Sequence record: MW760841.1
DNA: 64,000 nucleotides
Direction: 5' to 3' (one strand)
The position numbers were made by a program, and so were the translations under genes. Of the stretch, positions 55,664 to 64,000 are shown piece by piece. Every line of letters starts with the position of its first letter. The stretch's first letter is position 1. Under the pieces are notes generated by a model. The model was not told where the DNA came from. It searched no databases and saw nothing but the letters and a program-made list of their open reading frames with translations.

Positions 55664-56085
55664 TGGGCTGGTTAGATTGGTTAAAGCGTGATGAGCTGCG
55701 CCGCATCGACGGACTTCGGGTACAGGTACAAGAACAACGTAGCCTGCGGAAGGAGTCTGAAAGCGCACACGAACTCACCGAAGAACTACTTCATACGGTT
55801 CTGGCACACATCAACGTCAAGATGCAAGCCGGTGAACCGTGGGCGGAAGTGTACAACGGTGTTATTGAAAAGCTGGGTGATAAATCCCAGATAGCCGTAC
55901 GGGAGGCTACCTTACAGATGATGCATCAGCACCAACTGAAGGGGAGCAACCTCAACATGATACAAGACCCAGTGTTCGAGTTCCCAGAACCGAAACGGGT
56001 GGTGTTCCCTAACGGAACAGAAGTCACGGCACTGAATTCAGGTGCAGCAGATAACGACTGGTGGAAAGAACACTCAGGTCGTTAA
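55663..56085 (+). CDS. coiled-coil hypothetical protein
   Basis: TGATG coupling; MGWLDWLKR start. Confidence 0.6.
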   Translation: MGWLDWLKRDELRRIDGLRVQVQEQRSLRKESESAHELTEELLHTVLAHINVKMQAGEPWAEVYNGVIEKLGDKSQIAVREATLQMMHQHQLKGSNLNMIQDPVFEFPEPKRVVFPNGTEVTALNSGAADNDWWKEHSGR

Positions 56086-56108
56086 TAATACCCATTAAGG
56101 AGAATCAC

Positions 56109-57059
56109 ATGTCTGTAAAACAACGTAAGCTTCGCGCCGCTAAGCGCGCACACCACGCCAAGAAAAGTAAAGCAGAGCGTGTACAATACAACCTTTCCCG
56201 TGTTGGGATTAATGCGCATCTCGACGGTGGTAAGCTGTCGACTATGGACAGAATCCTGGCACCGCGACCATCGTTGAGCTTGAACTCGCCAACGTTTGAT
56301 CTCGATATGACAGAATTGCACCGCAGTTCGAACCGCCACGCAATCATCCGCGCATTAGATGAACTGGATGTCCAGCACGTCGAACCGAAACTGCGCGATG
56401 ATGTGATTAGAGCGGTAAATGACGAACTCTGTCGCGGCAGCTCTATCGATATTGATAATCCGGCGATTCAGCATCCCTTCCACTTTTTGGAAGCCTGGTT
56501 ACCGACCCAGGGGGAATTCGTATTGGTTGACGTAAAGTCCGGTTTTCCGCCTCCGTCCCAGACGATTGAAATGATCATGGCGCAAGCCCGTGTTGTTTGG
56601 GAGACGAGTGATGAGAAGCTGATTACGCCAACCGCTGACAATATTGTCGATTGGCTGATTTCCTACGGTCAGAAAATCTGTAAGGGTAAAATCCAGGACT
56701 ATTTAGGTATTCTCAATACCGGAACGCCACGCGGGTGGTTCGATGATATCGACCCGGAGATGTTTAGCCGTATTCGTGCACTGGCGGGTAGCATGTCCTT
56801 CTTCCCACATTTTCCACAAATGCAGCACGACGTACCGAATCCGGGCGAAGTGATACTCGATATGGAAGCACCGTTGGGTGAGGGTTTCTTCAAGATTATC
56901 AAAGGTCGAATGGGTGAGTTGGGAGATGAACGATTCATCATTGACTCGTTATCTGAATTAGTACCAGACGCACTGAAAGATACCGATGTCGGCGAACCGA
57001 AGAAATCACCGTATGGCAACATCTTCCAGACCACCCCGAAAGGAAAAAACAATGCTTAA
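56109..57059 (+). CDS. hypothetical protein with basic N-terminus
   Basis: TAAGGAG SD before ATG 56109. Confidence 0.7.
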   Translation: MSVKQRKLRAAKRAHHAKKSKAERVQYNLSRVGINAHLDGGKLSTMDRILAPRPSLSLNSPTFDLDMTELHRSSNRHAIIRALDELDVQHVEPKLRDDVIRAVNDELCRGSSIDIDNPAIQHPFHFLEAWLPTQGEFVLVDVKSGFPPPSQTIEMIMAQARVVWETSDEKLITPTADNIVDWLISYGQKICKGKIQDYLGILNTGTPRGWFDDIDPEMFSRIRALAGSMSFFPHFPQMQHDVPNPGEVILDMEAPLGEGFFKIIKGRMGELGDERFIIDSLSELVPDALKDTDVGEPKKSPYGNIFQTTPKGKNNA

Positions 57060-57960
57060 ACCACGTAAGTGCCGCAAACTGCTGTTAATCATTAGCCCGC
57101 AACTGAAAGCAGCGATTGGTAAGAAACTCTTTGCCATTAATGGTGAGTGGTCAGGGAAAGAATTCATTAAGTACGTCAATGCCTCCCCGTCCATTCGTCC
57201 ACAGCTCGGAATGGTAGCCCGTAAGCTGGGTACTATCTACGCCCGGCACATGGAAAAGCATTTCGGTGTCGGTAGAAAGGCAGACTGGACGAAGATACGC
57301 AATGTTGGTGAGGAGGAACTGCCTCAACGTCAAACGGGTCAGAAAGCACTGGCGCAACTGTTAGCGGGTAAGCCAGGGTTCGCTCGCTCAAAACCGACAT
57401 CGCTGGGTGGCGGGAACGTCGCCACCCGACTCGACTTTAACTATCACGACCATGTACCCAATACCGACCAGAAGCATTACTTCGCCACGCCGGAGAAAAA
57501 TACGACAATGATGCAACACACGCGTGACTCGATTGCGCACCTTACATTGACAGGGCGTCCGCCTGAAACCGTTACCCCAGCTAGTGAACTAAACGAGCGT
57601 CTTCTGTCGGAACCTCGTAGCAGTCACAGTGTCCTGACGTCTGAATGCCGTACAGAACTTTCCCGTCCTAAACTGTCTGAGCTGACAATGAGTGATGCCG
57701 AGTGCAGCGTACCGGCTCCTTATCAAGAGCCCAAAGAAGGGGAGTTACTTTCCCCGGAACTGGAAATCAAAGGCGTCCATCTGAAGCAGTCCAAGTTAGA
57801 CCCCAGCGAAGTTCGCCGTCTGGTTGAAGCTTATGGTGATATCGCTGAGAAGCAACTTATTGAAAAGTTCTTCTCTGAAGTGGTAACAAGTGAACGTGAC
57901 GACGAAGCCTTCCAAAAGGTAGGCCGTGCGTGCCTGTTCCGTATGCTGGAAGCTAAATGA
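57052..57960 (+). CDS. hypothetical protein
   Basis: AAAGGA SD before ATG 57052 (MLKPRK). Confidence 0.65.
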   Translation: MLKPRKCRKLLLIISPQLKAAIGKKLFAINGEWSGKEFIKYVNASPSIRPQLGMVARKLGTIYARHMEKHFGVGRKADWTKIRNVGEEELPQRQTGQKALAQLLAGKPGFARSKPTSLGGGNVATRLDFNYHDHVPNTDQKHYFATPEKNTTMMQHTRDSIAHLTLTGRPPETVTPASELNERLLSEPRSSHSVLTSECRTELSRPKLSELTMSDAECSVPAPYQEPKEGELLSPELEIKGVHLKQSKLDPSEVRRLVEAYGDIAEKQLIEKFFSEVVTSERDDEAFQKVGRACLFRMLEAK

Positions 57961-57964
57961 GCAG

Positions 57965-58001
57965 TACCCACTCCTTCGGGAGTGGGTATTCTTCTTTTTT
58001 T
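57965..58001 (+). terminator. intrinsic terminator
   Basis: TACCCACTCC-TTCG-GGAGTGGGTA plus T tract. Confidence 0.8.
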
Positions 58002-58011
58002 GTCCAGATTC

Positions 58012-58066
58012 GATTAAAAAATATTTCAGATATATATTACCTAGGTGAGATTAGAGTATTAATCTT
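58012..58066 (+). promoter_or_regulatory. putative early promoter, 55-bp repeat copy 2
   Basis: 54/55 identical to 5235-5289. Confidence 0.75.
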
Positions 58067-58108
58067 TTCTCCTAACCTTATTTTAATTGACTATCAAGGA
58101 TTACTATC

Positions 58109-58531
58109 ATGGCTACTATCACTCTGAACGATTCAATCCGGGCCGCCGCTAAAGCTAACCCAGCATCACTGATGATGATTGTTGGACTGTACACTTCAAC
58201 CGGCAAGGTCAACAATATCGACCGCTGCATGATTGAACGCGAATCCGAAAACTTCATGCGTAAAGCGCAGGAAGAAGTTGTACTGGTACGTAAAGACTTC
58301 GACACTGACGAAGCTTACAACGACCAGGTTAATCACCAAATCATCCTGAAGGCTCTGGCCACTGAGCTGAGTGACCAGTTCCGTGCCAGCACCATCCCAG
58401 GCATGGTTAAAGAAATGTACGCCCGCATCAAAGGTAACGTGGAGACACACAAAGCGTGGAACTCGCTGACTGAGTCTACCCGTGCACTGGAAGATGCATT
58501 CATCAATAAAGCTATCGCTGAGCTTTACTAA
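58109..58531 (+). CDS. helical early protein
   Basis: 140 aa; GACTATCAAGGA RBS; highly expressed-type codons. Confidence 0.7.
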   Translation: MATITLNDSIRAAAKANPASLMMIVGLYTSTGKVNNIDRCMIERESENFMRKAQEEVVLVRKDFDTDEAYNDQVNHQIILKALATELSDQFRASTIPGMVKEMYARIKGNVETHKAWNSLTESTRALEDAFINKAIAELY

Positions 58532-58596
58532 TCGCACTACCTCCCTACCCAAACGGGTAGGGAGTCAACTTTAATAAACTTAATAAGGAATTCACC

Positions 58597-58824
58597 ATGC
58601 GCAATCTGTTCACTAAAACTGAAGTAACTCCAGTTGTTCCAGCAACCAAAACTGTTGCTAAGAAAAACGAAGACATGCTCGACATCCTGCTGAAGCTCTC
58701 TCACACTGAGCGTGAAGCAGTAATGAAAACCATCAAAGAAGGTAACAAGATGGTGAACGAGCTGGAGGTAATCTACGGAAAAAAGGACAAACCAAAAAGT
58801 AATGGTTTGGTCTGGATGTGTTAA
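58597..58824 (+). CDS. small early protein
   Basis: 75 aa; TAAGGA SD. Confidence 0.65.
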   Translation: MRNLFTKTEVTPVVPATKTVAKKNEDMLDILLKLSHTEREAVMKTIKEGNKMVNELEVIYGKKDKPKSNGLVWMC

Positions 58825-58865
58825 TGAAAGGTAAAAGCAATGCGCAAATACAACTTGCGATGTTA

Positions 58866-58921
58866 GCGTACGAGGAGACTCGTACGCGATGCTTTTATTT
58901 TTTTGTTCCTTCTTTTTTTTT
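58866..58921 (+). terminator. intrinsic terminator
   Basis: GCGTACGAG-GAGA-CTCGTACGC plus T-rich tail. Confidence 0.65.
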
Positions 58922-58942
58922 GTCCTCGGGCGAATCTTCGGT

Positions 58943-58965
58943 CGACGTAGTCAACCTTTAATATG
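58943..58965 (+). promoter_or_regulatory. putative late promoter for tail paralogue array
   Basis: CGACG-TAGTCAACCTTTAA-TATG (N14). Confidence 0.5.
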
Positions 58966-59031
58966 CTGGCAGGGGGTTATCGCTACCAAGGTAGTGTTGG
59001 CCTTAGGAAACCTAATAACCGAGTTAACGCG

Positions 59032-59826
59032 ATGTCTTTTCAATCTAAACAGAATCTGCTTAAACTCATCAACAAAGAGAACGCCATTGCTCCGGCACTG
59101 ACGTTTGACGATGTTGATATCTCTCTGCCGGAGGTGGTTTCAGTCGACGGTCGTGATTCAAAGGTAACACTTACCTCGAAAATCAAGGGCGACGAAGGAT
59201 CGCAAATTGACGTGACATACCACCGTCGCGATTTGCCTGACTATGTCAAAGACGATCTGTCGTTTGATGCAATCGGTGTGGTCTCGACCCACGATTATAT
59301 TCCCGCGCTCAACGATCGTTTCAATCTGAACCTGCTTCCGGAAGACCTGGAAGACGCCCCGGTCTCGGGTGACTCGCATACGGTTGTTGCCGTACCGACT
59401 TCACACGAATGGCGCGGGAACGTCACATTACAAATCATACAAGCGGTGCCTTTAGCGTCTGTTATCCCGTTGAACGAATTAGATGGTCTGAAATATCCCG
59501 ACCACCAAACCATCGCCGTTGGTCAAGCCTCCACGTACTCATACGACCTGGATGCCACACGCCTGGCGAGTTGGATTCCTCAGCTTCGTGCTGGAACCGC
59601 TGACATGACAGCCTTTGCGAAGGAACTGTCTACCGTGGTACCAGAGCTGTGGGTGAATGATCTCAACGCTGCGCCGTATAACTTACAGCAGGCGTCCTTT
59701 GCGTTCTACGGTTCGCCGTCGACCATTCCAGGGACGAATCCTGAATATACCAACGTACTCGGCTTAAACCTGAGCGTGTTGTGTAGCAACTTCCAGGGTA
59801 CCTTGCTGCTCCACTTTAACAACTAG
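59032..59826 (+). CDS. tail/baseplate fibre-associated paralogue 1
   Basis: LLKLINKEN...RDSKVTL...YHRRDL...LNDRFNLNL domain; C-terminal GTLLLHFN. Confidence 0.65.
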   Translation: MSFQSKQNLLKLINKENAIAPALTFDDVDISLPEVVSVDGRDSKVTLTSKIKGDEGSQIDVTYHRRDLPDYVKDDLSFDAIGVVSTHDYIPALNDRFNLNLLPEDLEDAPVSGDSHTVVAVPTSHEWRGNVTLQIIQAVPLASVIPLNELDGLKYPDHQTIAVGQASTYSYDLDATRLASWIPQLRAGTADMTAFAKELSTVVPELWVNDLNAAPYNLQQASFAFYGSPSTIPGTNPEYTNVLGLNLSVLCSNFQGTLLLHFNN

Positions 59827-59835
59827 GAGGGCTGA

Positions 59836-60678
59836 GTGTCTATCTACAATAAACCCTCACGCGAAATGTTGTTGGATGCCATCAACAAGCAGAATAACTT
59901 GTTGGCGAATCCATTAACGTGGAACCAAATCGCCTCCGGTTATCCGGAGACGGTCTCGACCCCTGGTGCTGACCGTAATACCCGCGTGCTGTTATACGGC
60001 CTTAACGGGCAGGGTTACAAAGGCAACGTCACTATCGAGTACGACCGTATTCAGATGCCGGTGTTGTTCCGTAACGTGATTCCGGTGGTGATTACCAATC
60101 CCGTTAACAAACTCTCTGAGTTGTTACCGTTCCTGAACAAAAAGTATGGCCTGTCGCTCATTGCAGATGACGTGGAAGACTTTTCCGTTGCAGCAATGGG
60201 TGAGAGCTGGATTGCGGACGTGACCATCAAGCCGGGCTGTTTAGCGTGGCAGGGTACGTTCAAAATGCGTTACGCGAAGTTCTTCCCGAACTTAGCCGAT
60301 GTGGTTACGGATGTGGCATTAGCCGCGATTGCACCACCCTTTACCCTGGGCGCTAAGCCTCAGGCCGACTACGTGTCCTACGGTTACGACTGGACGGAGA
60401 TGGCGCAACAGTTCAATACCGACTGGGCGTACAACCGAGCCATTACCGCAGCGGATGTGGACTTACTGAATGAAGTAGTGCCGTTGAAGTTTGCGTATGT
60501 GCTTGGCTCTGCGGCCCAGCCTGGTCAGATTGCTTTGCAGGGTGCGCGTTTTCAGGGTGTGGCGTCTGTGACACCGGGTGACCGGTATGACAATACGTAC
60601 AATCGTGTGGCGGTTATCAGGTTAGCGGCGAACAGCAACTACACCGGTGACCTCATCCTTCACTATCAGCCGATATAA
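59836..60678 (+). CDS. tail/baseplate paralogue 2
   Basis: LLDAINKQN...RNTRV...GYKG...YDRI; C-terminal GDLILHY. Confidence 0.65.
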   Translation: MSIYNKPSREMLLDAINKQNNLLANPLTWNQIASGYPETVSTPGADRNTRVLLYGLNGQGYKGNVTIEYDRIQMPVLFRNVIPVVITNPVNKLSELLPFLNKKYGLSLIADDVEDFSVAAMGESWIADVTIKPGCLAWQGTFKMRYAKFFPNLADVVTDVALAAIAPPFTLGAKPQADYVSYGYDWTEMAQQFNTDWAYNRAITAADVDLLNEVVPLKFAYVLGSAAQPGQIALQGARFQGVASVTPGDRYDNTYNRVAVIRLAANSNYTGDLILHYQPI

Positions 60679-60686
60679 GGATTCCC

Positions 60687-61532
60687 ATGCCACTCTTAGC
60701 CACCGCAGAAGAAGTGATTCTGAAAGAGCTAAACACCGAGAACCATCTCGACCTCAAAGTCGTGGATGTGGTGTTTGGCTTGCCGGGTACCCCAACGGAA
60801 CCCGACGACATTACCAAAGCCCAAGGCTGTAACAGCATGGTGCGTATTCAAGCACTGGCAACAGCAAATGCGATTGGTGCCACGACGGTGTATTACGACC
60901 GAGTAGACTTTGCAGAGATGTTCACCGACATTGACGGTGTGCAACCTATGCGGGTGCCTGCTCGTTTGGACACAGTCTTTACGGCGCATGACATCGTGGG
61001 TTTGATTAACCAGTATTACGGCCTCAAGCTGCGTACCAGCGACGTGGAGAACACGGAGATTGACCGCAGAACGTGGATGATGGATTTGATTGCGATGCCA
61101 GAAGCCTTAGGGTGGATTGGTCAGCAGCAAGTGCAGCTTCTGCCTGGGGATGCGCTGTTACCGATTAACTTTGAACCAGTAACCGTTGCGCCGTATAGCT
61201 ATCCGTATTTCAACACCAAAGTCGGTCAGGGTGCGGTGTATTCGTATCCATGGCGTTTCGATAACTACGCGGCAGAATTTAAGGCATACGGCTTGGGTAT
61301 CACTACCGACCGCTTAGCCCAGATTCTGAAAACAGTCACGGGCGACGGGTGGTCAGTTTACCGCAACCCAATAAACTACAACCTCAAAGAAGCGGCGGTG
61401 GTTTATAACGGGGTGAACAAAGCGGAGTTCCCAACGAACCCTTCTGTCGACAACGTCCTGATTGTTGAGTTGTCGCTGTATAGTCTAAACCTTGGCGGTC
61501 GCTTGTACCTACATTACAACGACCCTGATTAA
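60687..61532 (+). CDS. tail/baseplate paralogue 3
   Basis: Same domain; GQGAVYSY; C-terminal GRLYLHY. Confidence 0.65.
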   Translation: MPLLATAEEVILKELNTENHLDLKVVDVVFGLPGTPTEPDDITKAQGCNSMVRIQALATANAIGATTVYYDRVDFAEMFTDIDGVQPMRVPARLDTVFTAHDIVGLINQYYGLKLRTSDVENTEIDRRTWMMDLIAMPEALGWIGQQQVQLLPGDALLPINFEPVTVAPYSYPYFNTKVGQGAVYSYPWRFDNYAAEFKAYGLGITTDRLAQILKTVTGDGWSVYRNPINYNLKEAAVVYNGVNKAEFPTNPSVDNVLIVELSLYSLNLGGRLYLHYNDPD

Positions 61533-61553
61533 TCCTGAGTAAAGGAAGTTAGA

Positions 61554-62465
61554 ATGAAACCTTTAAACAAAACGTCCGATCTGCTGGTTCTCGACCTCAT
61601 CAATGAAAAGAACCCGGATGCAGACCTCGAGCTGGGCAAAATCAAACTGGGTGTTCCTTCACCTATCGCTGACGAAGGTGCGGATCGCAACACCTCGATG
61701 GTGCTGACTGCGCGTAAGAACTCCGGCTATATCGGCGACCAGACTGTGACCTATGACCGTCTTGACGGTGTGTCACTGTTCCGCAACGTCACTGCATACC
61801 TGGACGTTAAGTCTCCGAAGAAAACTGAAGACCTGCTGGCGACGCTGAACGCCCAATACGGCCTGAAAGTGACTGAAGACGACATCGTGTCTGCGCCAAT
61901 CGCTGACGGCACTAACCCGCCACTGACTGACCCGGATGCGCCAGACCCGGTTCCGGTTGACCACACCATCACCTTCGATGCCGGTTGCTACGCATACCTC
62001 GGTACCATCCCGGTTAAAATCGGTCCTAAGCCCCAGGTTGGTGAACGTCTGAGCCTGGTTGTGACTCAAACCAAACTGGACGGTCTGGTGTACCCAGATG
62101 GCCCAAGCGATGCGAAAGGCCAGGGTTACATCTACTCCTACGGCGTAGACTGCACCGCGATTGCTGACTTCCTGAAAGTTCAGGCCGAAGGTGTTATCGC
62201 AGAAGACTCTGCATTCCCGGTTGAACTGAACAAAGTGGTTCCGGAACTGTGGGTTGACAGCGACACGGCGGCAGACTACAACCTACACGGGGCGAACGTC
62301 CTGTACGTTGGCCCAACTGCGGATGACGGTACTGCCACTGGCGAAGAGCCGAAGAAACCTGTGGAAGGCGCAAACACTGCGTACAACCAGGTGCTGAAAC
62401 TGCAACTGTCTGACACCCTGTGCTCCAACTTCCAGGGCATCATGTTCCTGCACTTCAATGCCTAA
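61554..62465 (+). CDS. tail/baseplate paralogue 4
   Basis: RNTSM...GYIG...YDRLD; GQGYIYSY; C-terminal GIMFLHF. Confidence 0.65.
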   Translation: MKPLNKTSDLLVLDLINEKNPDADLELGKIKLGVPSPIADEGADRNTSMVLTARKNSGYIGDQTVTYDRLDGVSLFRNVTAYLDVKSPKKTEDLLATLNAQYGLKVTEDDIVSAPIADGTNPPLTDPDAPDPVPVDHTITFDAGCYAYLGTIPVKIGPKPQVGERLSLVVTQTKLDGLVYPDGPSDAKGQGYIYSYGVDCTAIADFLKVQAEGVIAEDSAFPVELNKVVPELWVDSDTAADYNLHGANVLYVGPTADDGTATGEEPKKPVEGANTAYNQVLKLQLSDTLCSNFQGIMFLHFNA

Positions 62466-62474
62466 TTAGGCCGC

Positions 62475-62521
62475 GCTGGGAGGAGGGATTCCTCCTCCTG
62501 GCACACTCCTTTCTTTTTTTA
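62475..62521 (+). terminator. intrinsic terminator within tail array
   Basis: GCTGGGAGGAGG-GATT-CCTCCTCCTGGC plus T tract. Confidence 0.65.
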
Positions 62522-62537
62522 GGCCGAGGAGGCTACT

Positions 62538-63377
62538 ATGGCTTTATATAGTCTGTCTCAGCGACAATTCCTGTACGATGCGATTAACGCCGAGAACCCT
62601 GGTGCGATTATGCCCATGGACCTGGACAACGCCAACTTTGGCGTGCCGAAGGCTATCACACCGACAGCAAGCGGAGCCAACACCGAGATTACCGTGCGCG
62701 GACGTCAAGGTCGTGGTTACGTGGGCGTGCAGACGTTCCGCTATAAACGCTTGTCGCTGAACGACTTGTTCAGGAACATGACCCCACAGGTCACTGCGCC
62801 GAATGCGTACGGCTGGTTGAACGTGCCGTCCAAACGGTTGGCTTTTGCCCAGAACCTGAACGGCCGTTATGGATTGAACCTGGAAGCAGATGATATCCCT
62901 GAGCAGTACATCTACCTGAACCTGAGCAATACCTTGCGAGTAAACGCGAGCTGTATTCAGTACACGGGTACCATCACCTTCATGTCGATTCGTGGGAAGA
63001 ACAACCTCGAAGAACTGGTGGTGAACGATATCCTGCTGGCACTGTCTCACCCGACCGATGCGAAGCTCGACAAGAAATACATGGGCTTCCTGACCTACGG
63101 GGAAGACTTCACGGATGAAGTGCAGGTTATGGCGTCGTTCAAAGACGGTCGTCTGGACGTGGGTGGCAACTTCGACAGCGGGTACACCACAAACTTGATG
63201 GCGACTTTAGTAGCGCGAGGCATTCCGGCGTTCGATCCTACCGGGGCAAGTATTAAGCGGTATAAAACCACTGCACTCCCGGCAGCGAATCAGGCGTACG
63301 ATAACGTATTGTACATCACGCAGATTCAAAAGGATGCTAACGTCATCGGCGAGTGCATGCTGCACTACAACAATTAG
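62538..63377 (+). CDS. tail/baseplate paralogue 5
   Basis: LYDAINAEN...NTEI...GYVG...YKRLSL; C-terminal GECMLHY. Confidence 0.65.
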   Translation: MALYSLSQRQFLYDAINAENPGAIMPMDLDNANFGVPKAITPTASGANTEITVRGRQGRGYVGVQTFRYKRLSLNDLFRNMTPQVTAPNAYGWLNVPSKRLAFAQNLNGRYGLNLEADDIPEQYIYLNLSNTLRVNASCIQYTGTITFMSIRGKNNLEELVVNDILLALSHPTDAKLDKKYMGFLTYGEDFTDEVQVMASFKDGRLDVGGNFDSGYTTNLMATLVARGIPAFDPTGASIKRYKTTALPAANQAYDNVLYITQIQKDANVIGECMLHYNN

Positions 63378-63388
63378 GAACTAAGCGA

Positions 63389-64000
63389 ATGGCAATTTAT
63401 CAACCTTCAAAAGACGTCCTGTTGGCGGTTTTGAACTCTGCGAACTCGCTGAGTGTCAAGATGACCGACATCACTTGGTCTGCGCCGAAGGACATTCGTG
63501 GGACGGAGAAAGAAACCACGACTGGCCGTAACACGCAGATTAAAATCACTGCCGATGGTGTAGTGGGTTCTACCTGGTCAGGTAAGAAGAACATCTACTA
63601 TAATCGCATGAAAGTGGAAGACCTGGTTATCCTGCTGGGTGACACCCTGGCTATCGGGCCATCCAACGCCAGCCTGTATGCCGCTATTCCTGGTCTGAAC
63701 CAGCGTTATGGCTTCGTGCTGGAAACTGCCGACCTGGTGGATGCTGAAATCGAATGGAACCCGGAGAAAACCGCCGGTACAGTTCGTGTGGCAGCCGCGC
63801 ATGATTCTATCGGTTGGATTGGGGCTTACACCTTCAAAGTCGTCCGTGGCGATGAATCTCTGGTGTCTGCGGTCACGACCAACGTCCTGACGGGTCTGAA
63901 ATACCCGAACGGTCAGATGGGTTCCGAAACCGTCAACGGTATCATTGCGCCAGTGTACTCTTACCCGTACAACTTCACCAAGTACCGCGACCAGATGCTG
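63389..64000 (+). CDS. tail/baseplate paralogue 6, 3'-truncated (absent from ORF track)
   Basis: AGGA SD; MAIYQPSKDVLLAVLNSAN...GRNTQI...YYNRM...LNQRYGF; open to window end. Confidence 0.65.
   Translation, partial: MAIYQPSKDVLLAVLNSANSLSVKMTDITWSAPKDIRGTEKETTTGRNTQIKITADGVVGSTWSGKKNIYYNRMKVEDLVILLGDTLAIGPSNASLYAAIPGLNQRYGFVLETADLVDAEIEWNPEKTAGTVRVAAAHDSIGWIGAYTFKVVRGDESLVSAVTTNVLTGLKYPNGQMGSETVNGIIAPVYSYPYNFTKYRDQML

Noticed and set aside
5235-58066. CRISPR array or terminal repeat from the 55-bp repeat
   Set aside because: Only two copies, 52.8 kb apart, internal, with no spacers; the sequence contains a promoter consensus.
1-64000. tRNA genes, integrase/transposase, inteins or introns
   Set aside because: No cloverleaf with T-loop GTTCRA in intergenic gaps, no recombinase motifs, and helicase, RNAP subunit and capsid lengths show no insertion. 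Inspection was by eye only.

Overview
This 64 kb window is from a phiKZ-like jumbo phage (Chimalliviridae-type). Gene order resembles the enterobacterial SPN3US/Erwinia group. Genes are densely packed and almost all on the + strand; only the DnaB-like helicase and the portal are on the - strand. Core modules: virion genes (1-3.8 kb), DnaB-like helicase, major capsid protein, a non-virion RNA polymerase beta-like subunit, portal, baseplate/neck genes, RuvC, and a tandem array of six tail/baseplate paralogues at the right end. Accessory blocks contain six GNAT-fold genes, four of them tandem-GNAT paralogues in one operon with a Dam methylase. They also contain thymidylate kinase, an XRE regulator, an orphan HslU-type ATPase, a QueC-like PP-loop protein, a 2OG-Fe(II) oxygenase, a SLOG protein, a stand-alone LigA domain Ia, a putative sponge-like helical protein and an apparently inactive prohead-protease paralogue. 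Two promoter-like motif classes, a repeated RBS-flanking motif and about 19 terminator-like hairpins can be read directly from the DNA. I saw no tRNA, CRISPR array, integrase or intein. All product calls come from motif recognition by eye; no database search was run.
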